Shown: positions 28,686 to 42,848, counted from the stretch's first letter. The stretch is 64,000 nucleotides of DNA from Octopus vulgaris (GCA_951406725.2 OX597835.1:17980001-18044000), one strand, 5' to 3'. Program-made: numbers and translations. The notes: generated by a model from the letters alone, not told the origin.

Positions 28686-29599
28686 CATTAATTTAAAATA
28701 TGTTGTGTGTGCATGTCTCTAAGTTGGCCCCAGCTGCGAGTTCACTCGCTGTTTATCTTGATATAGGATCACCATGTCACGCACATATGGTTGTGATGCA
28801 TGTTCCTGGTGTACCCTCATCGAACGGGTAGCCATGAGGGGTATATTGGGCGTCGTATATTTTACGCCAGTGCCGTTTTGATGGCATGCTTTGTCCTCTC
28901 AATCAACAATAACAACAACAATGACTTAACCATCGTTGTGGTGGCAGTGGTCTTCATCATCGCTGTCATGATCACTGTAGTGGTGGTGGTCATCGTCGTT
29001 CTCATCGTCGTCGTAGTCACCATCTTCATCGTCGAAGTCGTCGTCGTATTTGTCAGCTTCTTCCTCTTCCTAATTCCTATTTTCCTTCTCCTTCACCTCC
29101 TCCTACTTATTACTCTGCTCCTCCCATCCTACTCCTCATCCTTTTCCTCGTCCTTATTACCCTCCTTCTTATTGCTTGAATTCTACTCCGTTTCTTCTTT
29201 CCTCTTTTCCTAATTTCCTTTATATTATCATTTAATTATTTCCATTCTCCTCTTATATATTTTTGCTCATTAACATCTCTCTCCGTATTCTATGCAGTTT
29301 TCTATCGCTCCACAGGAATCAGTAAATATCAAAGTATATTTAAAATTTATGCGTTTGCTCTTGTCGTTTTTGTTGTGGATGCTGTTGTTCTTCTTCCTCC
29401 TGTTGCTGTACCCGCTTTTGTAGTGTTTTCCTCTCCTGAATTTGAGAACGTGTGTCCAATTTGACATTCCCGTAATTCTCTTCCTTAATAGCTAACAGAG
29501 AGGGAGCCGAAGAAAGAGAAGGAGAGAGAGATGGAGAGAGAAAGAGCAAGGGAAAAAGAGTGAAAGAAATATGCATGTATATATGTGTATGTGTAAGTA

Positions 29600-29640
<41 letters not shown>

Positions 29641-29809
29641 ATATATGTATATATATATATATTCATATATATACACATATAGATATAATATAATATATAT
29701 ATATATACATATAGATATAATATATATATATACATATATATATACATACAGATATAATATATATTATATGTATATATACATATAGATATAATATATATAT
29801 ACACACACC

Positions 29810-29878
<69 letters not shown>

Positions 29879-31051
29879 ATGTATATATTCATGTAAGTAT
29901 GTATTTAGGCATATAGGAAGAGAGCGAGTGAGAGAGAGAGAGAAAGAGAGAAAACTATTAAATCATTCAATGTGATCGTATTATTTGATGCCTCTTACAC
30001 GTTACTCAAAATCTAAGACAAGAACTTCGGAGAAAGGAAAAAATAAATAAACAAACAACAAAAAAAAAGAACAATGATAACGACGAAAAGAACCCTTGAA
30101 AATATTTACAAAATATAGCAATATAAAATATATACCCACCATTTAAACTATACGTTCGGACATTGCGCTAAGTATAAGTTGGACGTTAAAGAGAAGCCAT
30201 TATTAATTCTTAACAGTGATCACACATCAAAGGCTTGTTAAAAAAGAATCCTCGCTTCGTTCTTTGTGTTTTGTGTTGGAATAATCTAAAAACGAAATCA
30301 ATGGATTTGCACAACGTTTATCTACAACAATAGGAGCGGCTTTTTTCTTTCCCAAAAGTGAAGAAATTTCATATTATCCCATAAACATCTTGCATTGTAT
30401 TGTAACTACACTGCGTAATTGCAGTGATGGCTGGTTGAGCATTTTAGGTGTGTGTGTGTGTGTGTGTGTTTACGTGGTGTTTTGTATAGGAACATGGGAT
30501 CGATTAGTAATTAAAACCAGAATCGTAAGTTCGTATCCATTAAAGGACTTTAATAGATACGAACCTACAGTTGGCATCAGTGTCTATCCTATTACGCAGG
30601 TTTATCTTTACCTTTTAGTCAATCTCATAAGAGACGCTATACAATCAGCCTTTTATCGAAGATGTTTCAAGGCTGACAGTCACGTATCTCATTCAGTATT
30701 TGTGATGAATTCTATATAAAAAGAACTCAGAGAAAATACTTTACGGTTTCATCTAGTCGTTAGTGTTTAATGTTTTTTTTTTTTTACTTGTTCCGGTCAT
30801 TAAATTGATGCCATGATGGGGCACCGCCTTGAAGAAATATAGTCGCCTTCCGTATTTAATATTTATTTTTGTAAAACCAGGTACGTATTCTCCCGGTCTC
30901 TTTTACCGAACATCTTAGAGATACATAAAATCCACAGCACCAGTTATCAGGCGGTGGTGGGGGACAAACACATACAGTAGGAGGAGGGAGGCATACCCAG
31001 GTATTTGTTATCTTTCGAATTATCCTTAATAAGATAATTCATTCAACTACT

Positions 31052-31094
<43 letters not shown>

Positions 31095-31097
<3 letters not shown>

Positions 31098-31220
31098 CTT
31101 GCGAGTGCATTTGGTAGACGAAAACTGAAAAAGGATAAAAATATATATATATATATACGTATATATATATATACGTTGGCCTTTTTTCAGTTTTCGTCTG
31201 CCAAATGCACTCGCAAGATT
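31095..31220. repeat. Inverted duplication inside a family A SINE
   Basis: aatcttgcgagtgcatttggtagacgaaaactgaaaaa ... tttttcagttttcgtctgccaaatgcactcgcaagatt around a TA tract. Confidence 0.85.
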
Positions 31221-31517
31221 TTGGTCAACCAGAGGCTATACTAAATGACAATGCCCTAGGTGCCACACAGGTAACCTGAACCCAGAACCATGTAGTTGGG
31301 ATGCAAACTTCTTGGCTGGCACACAACCATTTAGCTAAACAATTTAAAACAGATATAGTTGCATCACGTCTGGGTGGTTTCGAAGTTCCTTCTACAACGG
31401 GTTTAGGGGTTCGGTTTCAATGCCCATTGTTTTGGCAAATGTCTTGTGGTTTACTTCCGAAACGCCCAATACCTTGTAAGTGAAGTTTGCAACTGGAATC
31501 AATGTGAAACCCACAGA

Positions 31518-31560
<43 letters not shown>

Positions 31561-31597
31561 GTTGGCCTTCTAGTCCTGTAGAAGCTCCTTCTATATA

Positions 31598-31645
<48 letters not shown>

Positions 31646-31718
31646 TACATATATATATACATATATACATATATATATACATATATACATATATATATAC
31701 ATATATATATATATATAC

Positions 31719-31809
<91 letters not shown>

Positions 31810-31829
31810 GAAACCTGACTTATTGAAGT

Positions 31830-31872
31830 CCACCTGAAGATTGTCGATCAAGACAAGAAACGATTGTAGTGG
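31830..31872 (+). ncRNA. Minimal type-I hammerhead ribozyme
   Basis: CCAC-CTGAAGA-TTGTC gatcaa GACAA-GAAA-CGATTG-TA-GTGG. Complete core, predicted cleavage after 31868, within a ~165-bp element between (TA)n tracts. Confidence 0.85.
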
Positions 31873-31967
31873 CGGTTTTTTTGACTATTTATTAAAATTT
31901 TATGTATTGATTAAGTCTTTCCTTGTTTGTTTTGCAAAATAGTGGTTTTGTCTCTAATAATATTTTA

Positions 31968-32004
<37 letters not shown>

Positions 32005-32149
32005 CAACCAGGTATTTCAAAAAAGTTACATATAATTTTATCAAGTTTCCACCATTAAACAAATTGGATTATTTTGAAATCCTCAGTAACATACATAGAA
32101 TCAAAAAACAGTTTGTAACTTTCGAACGAATCTCCGTTTGCTTAGTCAA

Positions 32150-32580
32150 ATCTACATGCTTTTCGCGACAAGTGTCTATTACCTCATTCTTCTCTTATAT
32201 TCTCGCGCAAGCATCTATATGCACGTATTTTTGTTTTTGATTTTGTTATCTTGTTGTTATTGATTCTCTGGACAGGTCCAGTCCACTTTCTGTCACACAA
32301 TATGAATTGCCTATTTGATCAACTTTCTTATTCTGGCTTTCTTTCGATGATACCATTGTTCAAAGTTTAATCTATCTTATTCCAAGTATAAAACTGAAAT
32401 AATTTTCACTTGATTGTTAGGTCTTTTATGAGTATTCCGTTTCTAGGTCATAATAAATTGTTGGGCTGACAACTCTCTTGTTAGTTTATATGCTAAGCCC
32501 TTGCAACATTTTGAATGTATACTTGCAACTTGCACTCCTGGACACTGGCCAACTCAGGGTAAACTGCTCGGTCCTTATGT
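32150..32580 (-). pseudogene. Penelope-like element GIY-YIG endonuclease, C-terminal remnant
   Basis: Heavily decayed minus-strand pieces in PLE order: Cys-rich segment, Y.W, QWY, CVTE and ..KNEVIDTCREKH. The last resembles the LNKRSEL..KCRH ending of PLE endonucleases. Confidence 0.55.
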
Positions 32581-32679
32581 GTCAGCAATTTGAAGTTCGT
32601 TTTCATCATATGTGATGCCAATATTTCATCTGTGTGCGGGACAGTATTTTGAATAATTTGTCTAATTGTCTAATTTTAT

Positions 32680-33567
32680 GAAGGCGCATGGCTCAGTGGT
32701 TAGAGCGTCGAAATTACGATGTGAAGTTGTGAATTCCATTCCCGGATAGTGCTGCATGTTGTGTTCTTGAGCAAGACACTTTATTTCCTGTTACTCTAGT
32801 TAACTCACCTGTAGAAATGAGCTGCGACATTACAGGTGCCAAGCTGTATCAGCCTTTGCCTTTCCCTTGGATAAAATCGGTGGTGTGGAGAGGGGAAGCT
32901 GGAATGTATGGCCGAATGCTGGTCTTCTATAAACAACCTTGCCCGGACTTGTGTGTCGGAGGGTAACTTTCTAGGGGCAATCCCATGTCTAATTTATTTT
33001 TGTTTATAAATACAGATCAATTGCGAGGGAATTCTGTGTCCTGCGTTCTGTATTTCTAACAGAGTTTGATGCTCGGGTAGATTAATTTAGCTCAAATCTA
33101 TGATATTCGGAAATTCCATAGATGTGTATGAAAGCAGGTGCGGAATGATATTCCCATTCATGTTACTCCAGGTAACTCAGCTGTAGAAATGAGCTGCGGC
33201 ATCACAGGTGCCAAGCTGTATCAGCCTTTGCCTTTCCCTTGGATAAAATCAGTGGTCTGGAGAGGGGAAGCTGGAATGTATGGCTAAATGCTGGTCTTCC
33301 ATAAACAACCTTGCCCGGACTTGTGCGTCGGAGGGTAACTTTCTAGGGGCAATTCCATGGCCATTCATGACCAAAAGGGGTCTCCTCCTTTATCTAATTT
33401 ATTTTTGTTTATAAATACAGATCAATTGCGAGGGGATTCTGTGTCCTGCGTTCTGTATTTCTAACAGAGTTTGATGCTCGGGTAGATTAATTTCGCTCAA
33501 AATCTATGATATCCAGAAAATCCATAGATGTGTATGAAAGCAGGTACGGAATGATATTCCCATTCAT
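32680..33567 (+). mobile_element. Family C SINE (third tail type) plus a local tandem duplication
   Basis: Head at ~32680. The segment ~32801-33160 (SINE 3' part plus flank) is repeated at ~33173-33567. Confidence 0.85.
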
Positions 33568-34065
33568 TGTATTTGTGTTCCAGTTGAAGGTTTGTTCTGC
33601 AGTCTGACGAAATACGTACCCAGCACTTTTTATACTTTAAAATATCACAGTATCCATGTATAGGTAGGTACATATACATGCATACACACACACACATATA
33701 TATATATATATATCTCCTACTGTCTATGCATATATGCACGTGTGTGTACTATCGAAGAGTGCAAATTGATAAAGGTGTAGTATTGAATAATATCACAATA
33801 CCAAGTGCGATAAAACGCGTGTCTGTTGGAGTTTGGTACTTCGGTGAGAAAAGGAAAAATCACAAATCTACTTCCATGTACACGTCTCTCTCGTGCACAC
33901 ACACACATACACTTACGCGTACGCGCAAGCACGCACGCACACTTTCATACTCATTCACACGCACACATATATACAAATATCTTATTCATACAATTCAGAT
34001 ATATACATTAATTATTTTCATATATAATATATAAATATAAATTTAAATATAAATGTATATATGTA

Positions 34066-34096
<31 letters not shown>

Positions 34097-34271
34097 GTAT
34101 GTTTATATATGTATAAATTTATATATCTATATACATCTATATATGTATACATGTATGCATATATATATACATGTATATATATGTATATATATATGTGTGT
34201 GTGTGTGTGTGTTTATATATATATGTATATATATGTATATATATATATGTATATATATAGATATATGTGTT

Positions 34272-34369
<98 letters not shown>

Positions 34370-35834
34370 ATATATATTTATATATATATACATATATATA
34401 TACATACATACATATACATATATATGTAGTTATAGACAGTATTTATCTTGTACAAACACATGTAGTCCCATTCTTCTTTCCTTTCGACAATATCTCTACG
34501 ACTATTTCTTTGAATTACTTTTCATTATTCAGCTATTACATTTCATTCATTCTCGTCCTTCTTTTAATTCTTTCTCTCTGTTTTCCTTTCTTTTTCTCTT
34601 CCTTTCCTTCGTCCTTTCTTTTTCTTTCTTTATATTCTGTATCCCGCCATTATTTTCCTCTTCTCTTCCAAGTTTTAACTCGGAACAGTGTACCGAGAAT
34701 CTTTACTAAATTGAATCTTTCCTCTATTATAGAAGACAGCTATTGATAATGTCCTTTCTTGGAATTCTTCAACGCGAAATAATTAATTTTTACCGTCTTT
34801 TGTGATGGCTGAGAACACCAAAAAAATAAATAAAAATAATAAATAAATAAATAAATAAATAACAGAACATAAAAGTAAGCAAGAAAAAAAAAAGAAAGAA
34901 AAAAATATTACAACAACAGCAATGAGCTTATTAATAATTAGGCGATATCCACTTTTTCCTATATTTCGAATACATTTTGTTCACTTTGAGCATCTTTTGT
35001 GAAATTCTGTTTACAGTAATATTTCGCAAGAACCGCACCTTTCAGAATGGTCTAATATTTCAAAAATCTCTTCAGAAGAAATGAGATACGCAGCACGAAA
35101 TGGCAGACAATACATAGATGTTTGCCAAGAGCAAACACGTTCAAACATTAACGGTTTTTAATTTAAATATTGGCAAGCGTATTTCGTAGCAATCTTTCCA
35201 CATGAAAAATATATTATTATTATTATTATATAACTTGCGACCGTTTCTTGGAAAAGGAATTACATGGCTTGGAGGTGTCCAAGGCAAGAAATATGCACTT
35301 ATTGCTATTAACTTTTTTTTCCTGAATATTCTCCGATTTAGAATATGATTCATTAATGGTAAAAGTAAGAATGTCTTCAGCTGTCACCTGGTTATCGGCT
35401 TTTGTTGGTTGGTGGTTTTGGAGGTCGGTAAATTGCAGGGTACCGTGTGTTAGGTGCTAAATAGTGGTTGTTTCGTGTTGCGTGTTTCAGGTTCACGATT
35501 TATATTCGTGCTTTAAATCAAACGATTCCATTGAAGTCGAGGTTAGAAATAGGTGGAGATGAGAGATATTGGGAGAAGTAAAAACGACAAGAACAGTTGA
35601 AAAGTGTTCTTATAAATTATATTTGAACATTTGAAAGAAACAGCGTACCAACAAAAGCACGTCAGATTACAACTAAAATTAGCCAAAATTTTAGTTACGA
35701 ATGCATACAGAAATATAGATTAACAGAAATATACGTCTACGCATAGATGTGTACTCATACAAATACTTACATACAAAAACCAATTATTTACACACTCATA
35801 TACATACACATAAAAGAGGCACGAGTAAATATAG

Positions 35835-35868
<34 letters not shown>

Positions 35869-35869
35869 A

Positions 35870-35902
<33 letters not shown>

Positions 35903-35956
35903 GAGTGTTTGCGTGTGTGTGTGAAATTATATAACTTATACAGGAATATATAAATT

Positions 35957-36012
<56 letters not shown>

Positions 36013-37173
36013 TATATATATTATTGATGTTATTATTAGTATTATTATGTACACACACAAACGCACACACCCACACATTTATATGTATAAAGTAAACAAA
36101 CTATGAAAAGGATTTGCTTCAAAGGGGTGTATAAAACATCCAGTTCACTGGTACATCACTTGAATACCACGTGGTTAACTTTGCCTTTCGTCTTTTTGGG
36201 GGCCATGTATTAAGTACAATTCAAGTAGTGGGGTCGATGTGATAGAATTTCCCCATCTCCAAAATTTCAGTCCTTGTGACTCTAACAGAAAGGATTATCA
36301 TGGTGTTGTCGTTGCCGTAGGGGGTATAATTGTTGTTGTTCTCATCATTGATCCCGCACAGTCTTGGGGTTATCTCCTTTCACTATCTCCCTACATATTC
36401 TGAATGTACATGTATAAATGCGAACGACTTCGATGCATACGGATATACTTCTGTATGTACCTATGTTTATAGGAAAGGGCATGCTTCCCACTACCTCTCA
36501 TAGCCATATATCTATCTATTTATTCCATTCAGAAAATTCCTATCCCGCCATTCTGCTGTAGTCTTAGATAATTTGCTGAACAGATTATTTGTTCATACGA
36601 GGATGCAAACGTAACTGTATTTACAAAAAACTTATTTGCTAAAACACTGACAAAGTATACCAATAAGATATATACTTTCACCATGATAGTGTAATACTGT
36701 CAGGGATTATCGAGACCCGTCTATACTTTGTAAAACTTAAAACAACCAATAAGCATTTTTGCATTTAAGATGTAATATTATTGAGCATGTTTCTACAGAT
36801 GTATTCTCTTATTTTCGTGGTTCAGTCATTTAACTGCGGTCATGCTGAAGCACAACCGTAAAGGATTTTAGTGGAAGAAATCTACCCCAGAACTTATTTT
36901 TTCGTACGTGTAGTACTTATTCTATCGGGCTCCTTTGCCGGACCGCTAGGTTATGCAAACGGTTGTCAAGTGATGGCGGGGGACAAATACAGACACACGC
37001 GCATGAAATATATATTAATTGTTAACAAGGGAAAAATACACAGATCTCTCTCTCTCTATATATATATATATCTCCTACTTCGCTCTCCTGTGTGACCCTT
37101 CTGTCCAGCAGTCGCCATGATAGATCGTTAGCCACGACGCATGTTTTTGTTCTCTCCTTGTTTTTCTGTGTCC

Positions 37174-37209
37174 CTTTCTGTAGGAAAGCGTAGGCTCGAA
37201 ACGTAAAAG
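37174..37209 (+). ncRNA. Variant hammerhead-like motif (same family as 60021-60058)
   Basis: CTTT-CTGTAGGA-AAGC gtag GCTC-GAAA-CG-TA-AAAG within a ~200-bp element homologous to 59945-60157. Confidence 0.45.
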
Positions 37210-37292
37210 ACTTTTTCAATTCCTGAGCGTTATACTAATATATCTGTTTGTTTTCTACACCACCTGTCTACGTCTTTTGTTTTTTTCAAGAA

Positions 37293-37330
<38 letters not shown>

Positions 37331-37369
37331 CAACAATTGAGGGTAAAATTAATTAATTAATCAATTTCA

Positions 37370-37400
<31 letters not shown>

Positions 37401-37470
37401 CGCTATGGGCTCCGTGTGGGCAGGCATCTAAAAATTTTTGTGCATCTTGATGCTGACATAAGTTCCTTAC

Positions 37471-37553
37471 TTTTCCTGATGAGAAGGCGGCATAATGCAC
37501 CCCTTATTCCATCGAAATTAGGAATATGCAGCCTTCGAAACATATGTCGAAAA
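37471..37553 (+). ncRNA. Type-I hammerhead ribozyme with extended stem II
   Basis: TTTTC-CTGATGA-GAAGGCgGCATA...TATGCaGCCTTC-GAAA-CATATG (palindrome)-TC-GAAAA. Canonical core, G-C base pair closing stem II, GUC triplet, predicted cleavage after 37548. The element (37401-37603) is flanked by (TA)n on both sides. Confidence 0.9.
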
Positions 37554-37599
37554 TAAAATAAAGGAATTTTGTTAATTCGTCGTTCAACTCCATTCTTTC

Positions 37600-37688
<89 letters not shown>

Positions 37689-38809
37689 CATATATTTTCG
37701 AACTCTCACTATCAAGAGTAACCAGTTTATAAAGATATTTATGGACACGAAAGAAAAAAAAAGGCAAACACCACCACAAATGCCCTGCTTGCATATACTT
37801 TTACCAGCAAATTTCAATATACTTCCTTAAGTATGTATGTATATGTATCCCTCCCTCTATCTATCTCTCACTCACTATTTATGTGTGTGTATATACAAAC
37901 GCACAGGCACACACACACAGAGACACAGACATATATATACATACACAATAGACAAACAGGGGCACACATACATGCATATTACAAACACACACACATACAT
38001 ATATATATGTGTATGCGTGTCTGTGTCTGTGTAGCTATATTTTTGTGAGGAACTGTTTTTGTTTAAAGCCTGTGCTTCGTTGATGATGCTGGCTGTGTCC
38101 CAGTTTTATTATTCTTATTAATTTGTTTATCACTAACAAACCGCAAGCCTGCAGGGATATGAAAACATTTCTAATGACTAATGAGATTTACAAATTTGAT
38201 TGCAAACGCGAACGATGTGCAAATTTTCGACAGAATATGTTACATTGGCCATTCGATTATGACACTTCCCAGCTTGTACTTTATAGCAATTATTTATCGT
38301 ATTTCACTATATCATATTACATAAAACGAAAATTGATTGGGAAACGTTTGCAAACAATAGATTCATCTTAGACATAATTTTCCATAAAAGTACTCGTTGT
38401 ATGGTGGAAGTGATATTAATAGCGATAAAATATTGTTAACGTTGACACAGATAAGGCAGAGTTGTGAGGAAATGAAACAAAGAAACAAAGAATACAATAA
38501 CCAAGTGATGGTAAAAGAAATCGGCGAACGCCCATAAATTGAAGCACTGCAATAATGCCAACTGGTACAATTTCATTCTTTGTGTACCGTACGTAGGTGG
38601 TGATACATTCTGACGAAAGGCATTATATTAAGAGTGCAATGTAGCGAACGTGTATGCGTTAGGGTGAAACGACGAAGTTTAAGATTACAAAACCGAACGG
38701 CAATGGCAGAAGGGAATCAAGAACACATTAAGGATGTTAATATAAACCCATATAGCTGTTGGCTTTCGACATTGCTCAGCAACCACGTGGTCTCTGGTTC
38801 CGTTAATCT

Positions 38810-39205
38810 GATTGGATTTCTGCCGATCGTGTTGTCAGAAAAAGTGTCGGAAGAATATAAAAAGTCCTCACGTAAGCCGGCTTGATACTGGGCACAGGAA
38901 TGTCGGTTGACCGTATCTCAGATGTAACGACATGCTTAAAAGTAACCTTTCAGCAGTCAATATAGTTCTCAAGCTTGAGCAAACATACTTGCAGCGAAAA
39001 AAAGGAGATCATCGTGGCAAAATAGCATGTTTCAAAGAGACTATGTTTCAGCCAACATTAACAGGTTTAGGGGTACAAGGCACGGAGAAAGAGCGGCTGC
39101 ATATCTACCATCTGCACCGACCTGTAATCCTCATACGTGCCGCATCTGTGGCTTTCTTTGCAAATACAATTTAGGACTTAAATATCTAATTCAACATAAG
39201 CATGC
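38810..39205 (+). pseudogene. RTE/BovB-like LINE C-terminal fragment with zinc finger
   Basis: LDTGHRNVG*PYLRCNDMLKSNLSAVNI ... HTCRICGFLCKYNLGLKYL matches the RTE G.R..GRP.LRYKD.LK ... CxxC...IGL.SH pattern. Confidence 0.7.
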
Positions 39206-39657
39206 TAACGTTTCTGCCAGCTTGCCGCCTCAAACGTAGAATATTTTAAAATGTTCTATGACTGGAAGACAAATCTACAAATGTAGAGAATAGGAAAAAG
39301 AGAGAATTAAGGCTAATAAGATGCTCAGCATATTAAATGTGTCATATAAAATTGATGGTTATAGTGAAACGGTAATAACTCATAAATTATTTCTACACAT
39401 ATGTGGATACATATGATGATAACACATACACTTTATTACTGACAATAGCTTAGCTGGTTAAAGTTTGAAGTCACTGTCAACAACATTCTTGCATAAAAAA
39501 TACATATATGTATATAAATGTATACATATATGTATACATGCATACATACATATATATAAACATCTGCATATATATATATATATATGTGTGTGTATGTAGA
39601 TAAAGGGTCATATATAAACGCTCCCACCCCCCATATATATATATATATATATATATA

Positions 39658-39958
39658 TCACCGTGACCGACCAGGCTATCAGATGCTGCTACACATCGCT
39701 GGTCACAATGCGCTTCGCATTGTTTTAGCCTTCAAATGACGCCACCCCGCTGGCTAAGCGAGCAGGCCAACAGAAGAAAGAGCAAGAGAAAGTTGTGGCG
39801 AAAGAGTACTGCAGGGATCGCCACCACCCCTACCGGAGCCTCGTGGAGCTTTAAGTGTTTTCGCTCAATAAACACTCACTACGCCCGGTCTGGGAATCGA
39901 AACCGCTTTCCTACGACCGCGAGTCCGCTGCCCTAACCACTGGGCCTTTGCGCCTCCA
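39658..39958 (-). mobile_element. SINE, family B head with a different tail
   Basis: Head and centre match 22430-22619, but the tail reads tgttggcctgctcgcttagccagcggggtggcgtc...gcctggtcggtcacggtga. Confidence 0.9.
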
Positions 39959-39969
39959 CACACAAACAC

Positions 39970-40104
<135 letters not shown>

Positions 40105-40839
40105 ACTGTGTCCCTGTATCCATTTTTAATCAAAAGCCTCTCAGTAAAGCTCATTTCCTCAAACCAGTGAACACATACGCATCCCTCTCAGCGTTCAGCG
40201 TTCAGCCTTAGTTTAAACATTTCCTGTATATGAAACAAGTTATATATATATATATTTTCCTATTTCTTTGTTGCCGCATAAAACAATCAATATATTGAAG
40301 CAATGTTTCATTATATTTAAAGATTACACTTGCTTTTATTTTCGATTTCATTTTGTTCAATATTTAAGCTTATGCAAAATGTAATACTCAAAACGTATTT
40401 TCATTGTTTTAACTATTTCGGGTATGCATTTGTGAGAGTTCCATATATATATAACGTTGATATACGTTTTGCCTTCAGAATCATTTAAATCAAAATGGTC
40501 TGCCAATATGACAAGACATCAACTTTTTCTGAGTTGCAATAAAGGCAGATTCAACCAAGGACGAAACTCAGAAGGAATTTCACAGATAGTTCTATTCTAT
40601 AATAAGCCCGAAATGGGAAAATATAGATTCTTCTTGTCAATATTCTGTTAGTTTATCTGTGACAAGTCCCCAGAATTGTTGCTAGAAATACGTTAAAATG
40701 TTTTCTAACAGAAAAATGAACGCGGTTTTCCACAAGGAGTGTTACATGAATGTATACGAAAATACACGCTAAGACATGCATGTCCATAGTTATTCATATA
40801 CATATATAAACATAAACACACATATACACACGGATCGCT

Positions 40840-40871
<32 letters not shown>

Positions 40872-40893
40872 TTTATATGTATATATATATATT

Positions 40894-40927
<34 letters not shown>

Positions 40928-40949
40928 TTTATGTATATATATACATACT

Positions 40950-41149
40950 CTATTACTCTTTTACTTGTTTCAGTCATTTGACTGTGGCCATGCTGGAGCA
41001 CCGGCTTTTAGTCGAACGAATGGACTTATTCTTAGTAAACCTAGTACTTATTATATCGGTATCTTTTGCCGAACCGCTAACTTACGGGGACGTAAACAAA
41101 CCAGCATCGGATGTTACGTGATGCTGGGGGGACAAACACATGCACACAA

Positions 41150-41246
<97 letters not shown>

Positions 41247-41370
41247 GACGACGGGCTTCTTTTAAGGCTTTGGTCGGCCCGAGGCTATAGTAGAAAACAC
41301 TTGCACTAAGTGCCACGCAGTGTGACTGAACCCGGAACCATGTGTTTCGTAAGCGAGCTACTTACCACAT
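40950..41370 (-). mobile_element. SINE family A
   Basis: tactcttttacttgtttcagtcatttgactgtggccatgctggagcacc...gagctacttaccaca. Confidence 0.85.
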
Positions 41371-41396
41371 ATATATATATGTGTGTGTCTGTATAC

Positions 41397-41597
41397 CAGT
41401 GCTTTTCAACCTTTTTGCTGGAGCGAAACCCCAAGAAAACATTTCACTGGCTCGAGGAACCCCTGTGCAATAATGTAATAGTCTTATGCACACATATCTG
41501 CACAGGAGAATTAAAACTTACTGTCGATTTTAGCACTTTTGTAACTTCTTGCGGAACCCCTGGGCTGGACTGGCGGAACCCTGGTTGAAAACCACTG
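41397..41597. mobile_element. hAT-type MITE, 201 bp, with 8-bp TSD
   Basis: TIRs cagtgcttttcaacc / ggttgaaaaccactg; perfect TSD ctgtatac at 41389-41396 and 41598-41605. Confidence 0.92.
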
Positions 41598-41714
41598 CTG
41601 TATACATATGCATATATGTGATTATACAAAAATGTTACACACAAATACATATACCATTTCAAGATTAAACTTCCATTGACCGATGAAAAGTAGAACTACT
41701 ATTGGGAGATGGCT

Positions 41715-41925
41715 GCAGATCTACCACGGTATCAAAGAATAAAGGAAATGGTGGATCTAGTCGAGTTAAGGGTTCCTCATGCAGATAACATAGACGACGC
41801 TCCGGCTCGAATGATTGACCGTTATGTAAACTCTCCTCGGGGAATGTGAAGACGCAGGATGGTAAGTGGAGGATTATCCATTCGAAGTTGGATGTAGAGG
41901 ATTCGTTGGACACTGTGTGAAACGA
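41715..41925 (+). pseudogene. Restriction-like endonuclease fragment of a HERO/R2-group non-LTR retrotransposon
   Basis: KEMVDLVELRVPHADNIDDA..RMIDRY / ECEDAGW*VEDYPFEVGCRGFVG matches ELTVP..E...A..RK..KY...C...GW....P.EVGCRGF. Confidence 0.8.
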
Positions 41926-42311
41926 CTGCTGTTATCTATCGTTAGGCCTAACTCATCGTAAATAAATACATATTTCTTTATTATCCACAAGGGGCTAAAC
42001 ATAGAGGGGACACACAAGGACAGACATAGGTATTAAGTCGATTACATCGACCCCAGTGACAGACAGACAGCCAGACAGAAAAAAGAAAATGTCCCTTACA
42101 TTTGAAAACTATGGAACTATTTAAAAAATACATTTCATTTAATTTTTCCACAATTTAATTGCTCTCCTTGGTTTACTCTAAGTTGAAAAAGTCGCAAAGT
42201 ACTAAAATGTTCTTCGCGATAAAATTATTTCAGCATTCTCTACCTTGTCTTTTTTCCCTTATACGTATAATCTCTTGTGTTTTAATTAAAACAGATTAGG
42301 AGATCGAAAAT

Positions 42312-42354
42312 CCACCTGACGAATGTCATTGAAGACATGAAACGATTGTAGTGG
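42312..42354 (+). ncRNA. Minimal type-I hammerhead ribozyme (same family as 31830)
   Basis: CCAC-CTGACGA-ATGTC attgaa GACAT-GAAA-CGATTG-TA-GTGG. The downstream ~100 bp is homologous to 31873-31965. Confidence 0.88.
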
Positions 42355-42532
42355 CGGTTTATTTCTTTATATTAAAAATTTTTATGTATTGGTTAAGTCT
42401 TTCCTTGTTTGTTTTGCATAATAGTGGTATTCTCTCTAATTAATATTATATAATATTTTACTATAAAATTGGATTCAATCCTAAATCTGATTTTTCCCTG
42501 TAAATTTGGATTTATTCCCTAATATTTATTAT

Positions 42533-42574
<42 letters not shown>

Positions 42575-42659
42575 AATGTCTGTGTATGTGTGTGTGTGTG
42601 TATATAATATCAAAGAGTGCATATGTGTAACGATTGGTATAAAAGTGTGATTCTTGTTT

Positions 42660-42718
<59 letters not shown>

Positions 42719-42753
42719 CAAAGTGGAGTTGTAGGGGACCGCACGATTGGAAT

Positions 42754-42848
42754 TATATACGAAAGAAGGTTTGAAAATGCAATTTTAAAAGATCTTTATT
42801 TACTCTACCGGTAACATATTTTAAAATTGCATTTTCAAACCTTCTTTC

